NCBI GenBank assembly: GCA_963728205.1
Contig: CAVSIV010000001.1
Span: forward strand, 32,001-96,000
Direction of reading: 5' to 3'
Length of the DNA stretch: 64,000 nucleotides
Source of the DNA: an uncultured Chloroflexia bacterium
GTDB lineage: Bacteria > Chloroflexota > Dehalococcoidia > UBA2979
The notes below the pieces were generated by a model. It ran no database searches. It saw only the letters and a program-made list of their open reading frames with translations, and had not been told where the DNA came from. Within the stretch, counting starts at the first letter, position 1. Every line of letters begins with the position of its first letter. The translations under genes were made by a program, and so were the position numbers. Positions 28,237 to 37,878 of this stretch are shown here, piece by piece.

Positions 28237-29807
28237 TCAGTTGTCGCCGTGCGCGTCCCAGTAAGACGAGTCCCAGTACGAGCTATCCCAGTAGGAGCTG
28301 TCCCAGTACGAGGAATCCCAGTAGGACGAATCCCAGTACGAGCTGGCGAAGCTGACCGTGTCGCCGAGCGAGGTGGTCAGGCGCGTCAGCGACGAGAAGT
28401 CGCTCGCGGGGATCACGCCCGCGTTGGCCGACGGCACGTTGCCCTGCGCGGCGCGCTGCAGCGCCGCCAGCACGTTGACCTCGCCGGCGGCGTCGGGCCG
28501 GTCCGGGTACGTGCCGGCGGTGCTCGTGACGAGTGCCTTCACCTGGTCCGGCGTCAGGCCCGGGGTGCGCTGCAGCAACAGCGCGACCTCGCCGCTCACC
28601 ACCGGCGCGGACATCGACGTGCCGCTGAGGTGGATGTACTGGCCGTCGACGACGCTCGCCGGCGCCTCGCGTGCGAGCGTGCTGTTCGGCGCGAGCGTCG
28701 ACGTGACGTGCATGCCGGGGGCGACGACGTCGGGCTTGGCGGTGCCCTCGAGCGTGCGGCCGCGGCTGCTGAACGTGCAGAGCGAGTCGTCGGCGGTCGA
28801 TGCGGTCGCCGAGTCGTTCACGCAGCCGACGGTGATCACGAACGGGTCGTTGCCCGGCGCGTGCCACTCGGCATCCGCCGTCGCGCCGCGGTTGCCGGCG
28901 GAGGCGACGACGACGATGCCCTCGGCCCACAGCTGCTCGACGGCGGCGTCGACCGGGCTCGTGACGTAGCTGCTCGGGCCGCCGGCCTCGACCGAGAGGT
29001 TGACGACGCGGATGCCGTACTCGGCGTGGTAGCGGGCGACCCACTGCAGGCCGCGGATGAGGTCGGACTCGCTGGCGCTGCCGGCGTCGTCGCTGAGTCT
29101 TCACGCCGACGACGTTCGCCTGCGGCGCGATGCCGAGGTAGTGCCCGGTCGCGGCGTCGTCGCCCGCGATGATGCCGGCGACGTGCGTGCCGTGGCCGTG
29201 GTGGTCGACGGCGTCGGTGGCGCGGGAGTTCACGCTGACGGCCGTGACGCGACCCGCGAGATCCGGGTGCGACACGGCGACGCCGGTGTCGACGACCGCG
29301 ACCGTCACGCCGGCGCCGGTGGCCCCGACGGACGGGTCGTTCCACGCCTGGTCGGCGTGCACGGCGGCCGGGTACGCGGTAGCGAGCGGCGCGGGATTCG
29401 ATCCCGCTGTCGAGGTGCAGCACGGGGCCATCCGGCGAGATGTAGAGGATGTTCGAGTCGAGGGCGAGGGTGAGGACGTCGCGCAGGCGGAGCTGGAGCA
29501 CCGCGCTGTTGATGAACGGGAAGTCGTCGACGACGGTGGCACCGACGAGTTGAGCGATCAGCCCGGTGGACTCGGTCGTTCCCGGCTTCTTCTGGACGAT
29601 CACGCGCACGAGCCGGGTGGGCTCGACCTTCGCGCCGTACTGCAGCTCGGGGCTGACCGGGAGCAGGGTGTTGAGGGTGCTGGTCAGGCTGCCGAGCAGC
29701 CCGCCGCCGCCGAGCAGTCCGCCGGCGTTGGTGGCGCCGGTGGTCGAGGCCATGGTCGCGACGACCACCACGAGGAGCAGCGCGACCAGTCGCTGGATGC
29801 GATTCAT
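28237..29807 (-). CDS. Secreted S8 (subtilisin/AprX-like) peptidase with C-terminal SSYWD repeats; two +1 frameshifts near 29397 and 29097
   Basis: Signal peptide MNRIQRLVALLLVVVVATMA and propeptide. VAVVDTG, HGHGTHVAGII, SAGN, KPDVVAPG and SGTSMSAP are spread over three frames. One-base deletions restore IDPAPL and VK(I/L)SDD. Confidence 0.88.
28256..28345 (-). repeat. 15-bp coding tandem repeat, (SSYWD) x6
   Basis: TCCCAGTA recurs at 28256, 28271, 28286, 28301, 28316 and 28331. Ser codons vary synonymously. Confidence 0.95.
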
Positions 29808-30258
29808 GGGGACCCGCCTTGTCGGCCTGGCGCCCGCGGGTCTCCATCCTCGGCGCAAGGCGTGCTGTCACCGCCGATCCGTGGCAGCGAGTTGGGGCTC
29901 TGTCACGAAGCATCGACAGGGAGGTGGTCTTTCTGTAGGCCGGGAGACATTGCAATTCGCGCGGGCTGAGGATGCCGCCCCTGGGTGTGGGGTAACGCCG
30001 GAACTGCAACGCGGATCACGGTTCCCTCACGACCTCTTTACTCGTGTCTTATGCCTGGGCGGGTAGCCTCGAAGCTGCTTCTCCCTGCGGCCCCTGCGAG
30101 GTGGCGATGTCACTCCTCCCGGCACTTCTCCTCCTCGGCGGAGCCGCGGTCGCGGCCGCGCGCCGGGCGGCGACGCGTCAGCCGCGCCGCGTCCCGGTGC
30201 GCGTCCGCGATGGAGAGCGCGACGGGGCCGGCGGGCCCGCGGATTGGATCCGCCGCGA

Positions 30259-32527
30259 GTGAGCAGCCCCAGCCTCCCGTATCGAGCGGCGTCCGCTCGA
30301 GCGGGCGCCTTTGCCATTCCCGCGCTGCGCTGGTGGGCCCGCTGGGCGCCGCTGCTCGGTGTCGTCGCGCTCGCCTTCGCGCTCGATGCCTGGCGCATCT
30401 CGATGTCGGGCTACGGCAACACCTACTACGCCGCCGCGACGCGCTCGATGACCCTCTCGTGGAAGGCCTTCTTCTTCGGCGCGTTCGACCCCGGCAGTTT
30501 CATCACCGTCGACAAGCCGCCGTTCTTCCTCTGGATCGACGCGCTGTCCGCGCGGGCGTTTGGCTACTCGTCGTGGTCGACCTTGCTGCCGAGCGCGTTC
30601 GCCGGCGCGGCGACCGCCGGCCTGCTGTGGGTCACGGTGCGGCGGCACCTCGACGCCTTCGCCGCGACGATCGCGGGCGTGGTCTTCGCGCTGACGCCGA
30701 TCGTGGTCGCGGTCGACCGCCTCAACCTGCCGGAGCCGTTCTACGTGCTGGCGCTGGTCGGCGCCGGCGCCGCGGTGCTGGAGTCGCTGCGGCGCGAGCG
30801 CTGGTGGGCGTGGGCGGCCCTCGGGGGGGTGCTGGTCGGGGTGGCGTTCAACACGAAGATGCTCGCGGGCTGGATCCCCGGGCCGGCGCTCGTGCTCGCG
30901 CTGATCGTCGGCGTGGGGTGGGGCGATCTCTTCGCGTCGCGGGCCGGGTGGCGCGAACGCTGGCGCGCGAGCGCCTGGAGCGACCGCTGGCGCGCGGGCT
31001 GGCTGCCCGTCGCCGGGCGGATCGCGGTGTTCGGCGTGGTCGCGCTCGTGGTCTCGCTGTCGTGGGTGGTCGTGGTCGACGCGTGGCCGGCGTCGTCGCG
31101 GCCGTACATCGGCGGCAGTGCGAACAACACGGTGAGCGACCTGGTGCTCGGTTACAACGGCTTGGGCAGGGTCGAGGGCAACAGCCCGTTCGGCGGGAAC
31201 AACCCCTTCGCGGGCGGCCGCGGCGGCGGCTTCGCGCCCTTCCGCAACCCGTTCGCGCCGCCGCCGCCGGCGCCGAGCAGCGGAGGCTTCGCGCTGCCCT
31301 TCGGGCTGCACGTCCCCAACCCGTTCTCCTCCGGCTCCCAGAACGCGACGCCGGCGCCGTTCGGGGGCATCACGCGCGCGCCCGGGCCTACGACCGGCAT
31401 CGGCGCCGGCGGGATCATCGCCGGGCGGCCGGACACGTGGCGCATGTTCGACGCCGCGAACGGGCCGCAGATCGGGTGGCTGCTGCCGTTCGCGGTGCTC
31501 GGCGGGCTGCTCGCGCTGGTCGCATGGTGGCCGGACCGCATGCGCCGCGCGGCGATGGTGCTGTTCCTCGGGTGGGTGCTGCTGTTCGGCGGCGTCTTCT
31601 CGGAGGCGCAGGGCATCTACCACAGCTACTACACCTACGCGCTCGCGCCGGGCATCGCCGTGCTGGTCGGCGCCGGCGCGCTCGCCGCCACCGACCTCGT
31701 GCGACGCAGCCGCTGGTGGCTGATCGCGCCCGCGGTGCTCGTGCTGGCGACGCTCGCGGTGCAGCTCCACCTCGAGTCCCGCGCGCCGTTCTACTACGGC
31801 TGGCTGCGCCCGTGGGCGATCGGCGGCGCGTTGGTCGGCCTGGCGCTGCTCGCCGCCGCCACCGTCGTGCGCCGCGTGCCGGCGCGCGCCGCGATGGCGG
31901 TCGTCGTCGCCGCGCTGCTGCTGCTGCCGGCGGGCTGGGCGCGCGGCGAGGCCGCGCACGCGTCGATGAACACGACGCTGCCGCAGGCCGGCCCGCGCGT
32001 CGGCCTGGCGTCGCGCACCTTCGGCTCGCAAGCGTTCGACGACGGCACCAGCCAGCTCGCCGCGTGGCTGCACGCGCACAACGCGCCGGCCGTGCGCTGG
32101 GATCTCGCGGTCACGAGCGCGCAAAACGGCGCGACGATGATCGCCGAGCACTCGCTCTCGGTGATGGCGCTCGGCGGGTTCTCGGGGAGCGACCCGACGA
32201 TCACCGCCACGCAGTTCGGTCGGCTGGTGGCGAAGGGCGACATCCGCTACGTGCTCGTGGAAGGGGGCGGCTTTGGGCCCCGCTTCGGGGGACCGGGCGG
32301 GCGGGGCGCCCCGGGTGGGCGCGGCGGCCGCGGCTTCGGCGGGGCGGCCCCGGCACCCGACCGCCCCGGCGCCAACGCGGTGATGTCGGCCGTGCAGCAG
32401 TCGTGCACGCAGGTCGTCGACCCGTCGCTGCCGGCACGCTACAGCGGCCAGATTCTACGACTGCGGCGGCGCGGCCGGCGCGCTCCAGGGGCTCGGCACG
32501 CCGGCCGGCGTGCGCCCCGCGACGTAG
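30259..32527 (+). CDS. GT39/ArnT-type (YkcB-like) membrane glycosyltransferase; +1 frameshift near 32453
   Basis: GNTYYAAA, FFFGAFDP.SFITVDKPP, FNTKML, RPYIGGS, GYNGLGR, HSYY and VMALGGFSGSDP. One-base deletion restores GQIYDC with stop at 32527. Confidence 0.87.
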
Positions 32528-32548
32528 TCCGTGGTCGGGACGTCGCGT

Positions 32549-32767
32549 TCAGCGCGGCCCGCCGAGGCGCTCGATCACCGAGCGCAGTCGCTCGAGGTTC
32601 GTCTGCACCGTGGAGCCGGCGGTCGCCAGCGCGCCCGTGGCCTCGGCGCCCATCGCGCCGGGCTGGAGCGACCGCTCCGCGATCTTCAGCATGAGGCCGA
32701 GCGCGACGAGGTCCTGCAGCAGCCCGTCGCGGAGCTCCGTGGCAACGGCGATCTTGGTCGGGGTCAT
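32549..32767 (-). CDS. 72-aa HisKA_3-like microprotein lacking the phospho-His
   Basis: MTPTKIAVATELRDGLLQDLVALGLML...LERLRSVIERL. GGAAGGAG RBS. Confidence 0.6.
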   Translation of the reverse strand: MTPTKIAVATELRDGLLQDLVALGLMLKIAERSLQPGAMGAEATGALATAGSTVQTNLERLRSVIERLGGPR

Positions 32768-33171
32768 GTCGGCGGCGCTCCTTCCAGTGAGCAGCGGTCC
32801 CTGACGACACAGACCACCCGGCGCGCGGGTTCTTACCGGGGCCGACTCAGGGTGTTCCCCAATCTTCCGCGCCCGCGGGTCGGCCGGCGTCGAGATCGGG
32901 GAGAGCCCGCATGGAGGCGGCAGCGAGTCGCGCCGTTTGAGGACCCGGGCGCGGAGCGGACGGCGGTGGTGCCCGGCGCCGCGCGAACGGCGACGGCGCA
33001 GGCACGTTTCGACATAGTGGACGGAACAACAGGCGCGTCGCGCCCCGGATGTGAGGATTCCAAGAGTCCTCAAAGGTTCGCCCTACATGCGGCGACGAAG
33101 CTGATCGAGACGAACACCCCAGCGGTCCGGCGCGTCGGCGTCGGCGCACTCGACGGGAGCACCCGCCAGTG

Positions 33172-33948
33172 ATGGATCCCCACGCGGGCCCGGGGCGCGG
33201 CCGGTCGCCGCGCCCGCCGGTCGCCGCCGAGGTGAACCCGCCGGCGCGGCCGAAGCCGCGTCCGCGGCGCCTCGGCAAGAGCCTCGTCGCGCTCAGCTCG
33301 GCCGCCATCCTCTCCGTCTACGCCGTCGGCTACGTGCACACGCAGTCGGCCGAGCAGCAGCTCGCCGCGGCGGCGCTGCCGCCGCCGACGGGCGCGGGCG
33401 CGGGCGCGGCCGCCGGCGCGACGCCCGGCGCGGACCCCGCGCCCGCCTCCGCCCAGCAGGTCCGCGCCGTGCCCACGGCCGCCGCGACCCCGGCCGCGAG
33501 CGCGACGCTGCCGCCGCTCGGCGCGGCGGCGCGCGGCACCACCGCGGGCATCGCCGGAGCGACCGTGTCGACGCCGGCGCCCACCGCCCCGCCGGCCCCC
33601 GCGACCGCGCCAACCGTCGCCCCGACGCCCGTCCCGACCGTCGCTCCCACCCCGGTCCCGACGCCCAGGCCGACCGTCGCGTCGGGCTACCAGGACGGCC
33701 AGTACACGGGGATCGGCACGAGCCGCCACGGCAGCGTGGAGGTCGCGGTCTCGGTGGCGAACGGCAAGATCACATCGGTGCAGATCACCGGCTGCATGAC
33801 GCGCTACCCGTGCTCGTGGATCAGCGCGCTGCCGGGCGAGGTGCTGCAGACGCAATCGGCGCGCGTGAACTACGTGTCGGGCGCCACCGACTCGTCGCGC
33901 GCGTTCATCGGCGCGGTGACCAGCGCGCTGCAGAGCGCGCTCGCGTGA
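33172..33948 (+). CDS. FMN-binding (flavinylated) extracytoplasmic protein
   Basis: N-terminal RR plus hydrophobic helix, Pro/Ala/Thr linker, YQDGQYTG...VEVAVSVANGKITSV...VSGATDSS ([ST]GA[ST] flavinylation motif). Confidence 0.88.
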   Translation: MDPHAGPGRGRSPRPPVAAEVNPPARPKPRPRRLGKSLVALSSAAILSVYAVGYVHTQSAEQQLAAAALPPPTGAGAGAAAGATPGADPAPASAQQVRAVPTAAATPAASATLPPLGAAARGTTAGIAGATVSTPAPTAPPAPATAPTVAPTPVPTVAPTPVPTPRPTVASGYQDGQYTGIGTSRHGSVEVAVSVANGKITSVQITGCMTRYPCSWISALPGEVLQTQSARVNYVSGATDSSRAFIGAVTSALQSALA

Positions 33949-35054
33949 GCGCCGTCGTGGAGGGCGCCGCGCGTGCGGAGGCGGGGCTCGCCAACGGATC
34001 GGCTGCCTTCCGGCGGCCGCTCGAATCGACGCCGCTGGATCGAGCGGCCGTTGGACGGCTGCCGATCTCCGCGGCGGCGTCCTTCTCCCGCGCGGCGGTG
34101 TTCATGGACACGACCGTCGCGATCGACGTCGTCGGCGCCGCGTCCGACGCGGAGGCCGAGCGCGCCGTCCAGCGCGCGTTCGGCTGGTTCGCAGGCGTCG
34201 AGTCGGCGTGCAGCCGGTTCGACCCGCGCAGCGAGGTCGCGCGCCTGTCGGCGGCGGTGGGCGTCGCGGTGCCGGTGTCGCCGCTCGTGTTCGAGGTGCT
34301 GCAGCTCGCGCTCGCCGTGGCGGAGGCGAGCGACGGCACGTTTGACCCGACGGTCGGCGCGCGCCTCGAGGCGGTCGGGTTCGACCGCAATCACCGCACG
34401 GGCGAGCGGGTGGTGTCGGGCATCGCGCCGGCGCCGGCCGGCGCCGCGGGAGTCGGCGGCCACCGGGACGTGGTGCTCGACGCCGCCGCGCAGACCGTGA
34501 CGCTGAGGCGACCGCTCGTGATCGACCTCGGCGGCATCGCCAAGGGGTTTGCGATCGACCTCGCCGCGTGCGAGCTCGCCGCGTTCCCCGGCAGCGTGGT
34601 GAACGCCGGCGGCGACCTCTTCCTGCGCGGCCGCAGCGCCGAAGGCACGCCCTGGCGCGTCGGCGTCCGCCATCCCCGCGAGGCCGGCGCGCTGGTCGAC
34701 GTGCTGGAGCCGCGCGACGACGTCGGCGCCGGCCTCGCAGTCTGCACCTCGGGTGACTACGAGCGGATTGCCGCCGGCGGCGGCCACATCGTCGACCCGC
34801 GCAGCGGCGACGCGCCGGCGCGGCCGGTGGTGAGCGCGACGGTGGTGGCGCCCACGGCTGCGCTGGCCGACGCGCTCGGCACCGCCGCGACGGTGCTCGG
34901 CCCAGAGCGCGGGCTGGCGCTGCTCGTCGCCGAGGGCGTCGACGGCATGCTCGTCACGCTCGACCGCGCGAGCGGGCGCCTCGCCCGCCACGCGACGCCC
35001 GGCTACGCGCGGCTCGCCGCCGCGCCCGGTGACGCAGAGGGGGCCCGCCCGTGA
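33945..35054 (+). CDS. apbE: FAD:protein FMN transferase ApbE
   Basis: FMDT, SRFDPRSE, FDPTVG, IDLGGIAKG, NAGGD, CTSGDYER, HIVDPRSG and ADALGTA. GTGA overlap with the upstream gene. Confidence 0.92.
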   Translation: MSAVVEGAARAEAGLANGSAAFRRPLESTPLDRAAVGRLPISAAASFSRAAVFMDTTVAIDVVGAASDAEAERAVQRAFGWFAGVESACSRFDPRSEVARLSAAVGVAVPVSPLVFEVLQLALAVAEASDGTFDPTVGARLEAVGFDRNHRTGERVVSGIAPAPAGAAGVGGHRDVVLDAAAQTVTLRRPLVIDLGGIAKGFAIDLAACELAAFPGSVVNAGGDLFLRGRSAEGTPWRVGVRHPREAGALVDVLEPRDDVGAGLAVCTSGDYERIAAGGGHIVDPRSGDAPARPVVSATVVAPTAALADALGTAATVLGPERGLALLVAEGVDGMLVTLDRASGRLARHATPGYARLAAAPGDAEGARP

Positions 35055-35908
35055 GCGCCGCCGCTCGCCCGTCCGCCCGCCGCTCGGTGCGGCGCTTCGT
35101 GCGCACGCCGAAGGGGCTGCTGCTGATCCTGTTCGCCGCGCTGCTCGCGGTCGCCGCGGTGCCGCAGACGCACGGCGGCGGCATGCTCGCCCTGCAGGTC
35201 GCGGCCGTCGGCGCGCTGACCGCGGCCGCGGTCGATGTCGTGCTCGTGCTGGCGCGTCGCGACGAGTGGATGTTCCCCGGCGGCGCGCTGCTCTCCGGCG
35301 TGATCGTGGCGATGGTGCTGAGCGCGCACGAGCCGCTGTGGGTCGTCGCCGCGACGTCGGCGCTGTCGATCCTCGGCAAGCACCTCTTCCGCATCCGCGC
35401 GTGGAACGTGTTCAACCCGGCGGCGCTGGCGCTGGTGGTGTCGGCGCTCGCGTTCAACGCGGGACACGCGTGGTGGGGCGCGCTGCCGGACTTCGGCCCG
35501 AACGGGCTCTACGGCCTGGCGGTGATCGCGCTCGCCGGGCTCGTGATCGCGAACCACGTGAACAAGCTGCCGCTGGTGCTCGCGTTCCTCGGCTCGTACT
35601 TCGTGCTGTTCACGGTCGCGAGCTTCAGCGTCGGCCCGGCGGGCGTTGCGGAGATCTTCCGCACACCGGACCTCAACGCGGCGGTGTTCTTCGCGGTGTT
35701 CATGCTCGACGACCCGCCGACGTGTCCGACGAAGTACGCGGACCAGGTGGTGTTCGGCGTGGTGGTCGCGGCCGCGAGCTACGCGTTCTTCATGCAGCTG
35801 GGGGCGGTGTACTACCTGCTCGCCGGGCTGCTGATCGGCAACGCGTGGGAGTCCTTCCGCCGGAGCCTCGTGATGATGTCGCGGAAGTCGGCGGCGCAGG
35901 GGACCTAG
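35051..35908 (+). CDS. RnfD/NqrB-like membrane protein
   Basis: Multi-TM protein with GKHLF, NVFNPAA and FMLDDPPTCP. GTGA overlap with apbE. Confidence 0.83.
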   Translation: MSAAARPSARRSVRRFVRTPKGLLLILFAALLAVAAVPQTHGGGMLALQVAAVGALTAAAVDVVLVLARRDEWMFPGGALLSGVIVAMVLSAHEPLWVVAATSALSILGKHLFRIRAWNVFNPAALALVVSALAFNAGHAWWGALPDFGPNGLYGLAVIALAGLVIANHVNKLPLVLAFLGSYFVLFTVASFSVGPAGVAEIFRTPDLNAAVFFAVFMLDDPPTCPTKYADQVVFGVVVAAASYAFFMQLGAVYYLLAGLLIGNAWESFRRSLVMMSRKSAAQGT

Positions 35909-35940
35909 GGGCGCGCCGAGCACGCGGCCCCGGCCCGACC

Positions 35941-36020
35941 AAAGCGGCGGCAGATATGCCGCCGACAGGTGGGCGGCTCGCGGCCGCCCGCAGCATCGGC
36001 GGCATATCTGCCGCCGCTTT
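35941..36020. repeat. REP doublet (inverted pair)
   Basis: AAAGCGGCGGCAGATATGCCGCCGA ... TCGGCGGCATATCTGCCGCCGCTTT. Confidence 0.88.
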
Positions 36021-36191
36021 GCTTACCTAGGCCGGCACCTGATAACGCACGCGTGGTGAGGTTCGCCGTCCTTCGGCCCGCTTTGCACGCCGACTGCGCG
36101 ATCGGCGGTTCACCGGCTCGACCCGGTGCGCGACGATGGATCGGTACGCCGCGCCCACCCGCGTGAGGCGCGCGGAAGGGAACACATCTCC

Positions 36192-37559
36192 ATGTTGTTG
36201 TCCGACGAAGGACCCGTCACGACGCTGGCGGAGTACCGGAAGCGAGGCGGCCTCCAGGGCTGGGCTCGGGCCCAGGAGGTCGCGCCGCAGGAGCTGATCG
36301 ACGCCATCCGGGTGGCCGGGCTGCGCGGCCGCGGGGGCGCCGGCTTCCCCACCGCGATCAAGCTGCAGGGCGCGCTCGACGCGCCCGCGCATCGCAAGTT
36401 CGCGGTGTGCAACGCCGCCGAGGGCGAGCCCGGCACCTTCAAGGACCGCCTGCTGATGCGGCACAACCCCTACCTCATCCTCGAGGGGCTCGCGATCACG
36501 GCGCAGGCGATCGGGGCCGAGCGCGCGTACATCGCGACGAAGGCGCGCTTCACGCGCGAGGCTGCGGGGCTCGAGCGCGCGATCGCAGAGCTCGCCGCCG
36601 AGACCTCGATCGGCGACCGCATCGAGCTGGTGCGCGGGCCGGACGAGTACCTCTTCGGCGAGGAGAAGGCGCTGCTCGCGGTGGTCGAGGGCGGCCTGCC
36701 GCTGCCACGCGTCTTCCCGCCGTACATCCACGGCCTCTTCGCCGGCGCCTACGGCGGGCCGAACGACCACGAGAACAACCCCACCGTCGCGAGCAACGCC
36801 GAGACGATGGCGCACATCACGAACATCGCCACCTACGGGCCGGACTGGTTCCGCTCGCAGGGGACCGAGAGCTCGCCGGGCACCACGATCTTCACGGTGT
36901 CGGGTGACGTGAAGCAGCCGACGGTCGTCGAGCTGCCGTACGGCCTCACGCTGCACCAGCTGATCTACGATCACGCGGGCGGTCCGCGCGACCAGCGCGT
37001 GAAGGCGGTGCTGGCGGGGACGGCATCCGAGGTGATCACCGCTGACCTGCTCGACACGGCGATCGACTTCGACGCGATGAAGTCGGCCGGCGTCGGCGTG
37101 GGGTCGGGCGGGTTCATCGTCTACGACGAGACCGCGTGCATGGTGCAGGTCGCGCGCGACTTCTCGCACTTCCTCTACGTGGAGTCGTGCAACCAGTGCC
37201 CGTCGTGCAAGATCGGGTCGCACAAGATCACCGCGCACCTGGACGACGTGCTTGCCGGGACGGCGAGCCGGCACGACGTAGAGGAAATCCACCAGGTGGC
37301 CGGCTGGGTGACGGGCGGGCACCGCTGCGCTCTGCCCGTGTCGGAGCAGATGCTGATGTACAGCATCGTCGAGCGGTTCCAGAAGGACTTCCTCGCGCAC
37401 CTCGACGGCACGTGCCGGCTGCGGCACGACATGCCGCTGCCGAAGCTGGTCGACTACGAGCCCGGCCGCGGGTTCGTGTACGACGAGCACTACGACGAGA
37501 AGCGGGCGGACTGGACGTACCGCCCCGCGCCGCACCCGCGCGAGCACGCGCACGTGTAG
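36192..37559 (+). CDS. Stand-alone NuoF/HoxF-like NADH-binding FMN/[4Fe-4S] protein
   Basis: LRGRGGAGFPT, CNAAEGEPGTFKDR, YLFGEEKALL, NAET and ESCNQCPSC...RCAL. Confidence 0.9.
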   Translation: MLLSDEGPVTTLAEYRKRGGLQGWARAQEVAPQELIDAIRVAGLRGRGGAGFPTAIKLQGALDAPAHRKFAVCNAAEGEPGTFKDRLLMRHNPYLILEGLAITAQAIGAERAYIATKARFTREAAGLERAIAELAAETSIGDRIELVRGPDEYLFGEEKALLAVVEGGLPLPRVFPPYIHGLFAGAYGGPNDHENNPTVASNAETMAHITNIATYGPDWFRSQGTESSPGTTIFTVSGDVKQPTVVELPYGLTLHQLIYDHAGGPRDQRVKAVLAGTASEVITADLLDTAIDFDAMKSAGVGVGSGGFIVYDETACMVQVARDFSHFLYVESCNQCPSCKIGSHKITAHLDDVLAGTASRHDVEEIHQVAGWVTGGHRCALPVSEQMLMYSIVERFQKDFLAHLDGTCRLRHDMPLPKLVDYEPGRGFVYDEHYDEKRADWTYRPAPHPREHAHV

Positions 37560-37565
37560 CCGGTA

Positions 37566-37870
37566 GGCGCGCGGCGGGCTTCAGGCCCGCCGTGTGCAGT
37601 GGCCGCCTCGGGGCGACCGGAGGTGGCCACCTCTCGCCTGGCCGAGCGGCCCACTGCACACGGCAGCCAGCATGCCCCGGGTGGCGCCGTGCGCGCATGA
37701 ACGTCACCCAAAGCGGCGGCAGATATGCCGCCGACAGGACGCGGACGCAGTCCGCGGCTGGCGCCGCGCTTCTGTCGGCGGCATATCCGCCGCCGCTTTG
37801 ACGTTCCGACGAGGCCTGAAGCCTGCCGCGCGCCGGAGGCCGGCTGCCGGCGCGGGCGGGAGCCCGCGCT
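37566..37870. repeat. Composite nested REP/REPIN-like element
   Basis: Outer IR GGCGCGCGGCGGGCTTCAGGCC / GGCCTGAAGCCTGCCGCGCGCC. Inner REP doublet at 37710-37799 around a 38-bp core. Confidence 0.87.
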
Positions 37871-37878
37871 CCCTCCCC

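Noticed and set aside
29810-30258. c-di-GMP riboswitch upstream of the S8/GGDEF operon
   Set aside because: No recognisable GEMM or class II motif by eye. A covariance-model search would be needed.
36192-37559. Part of a complex I (nuo) operon
   Set aside because: No other nuo subunits are adjacent and the motifs are divergent, so no gene symbol is assigned.
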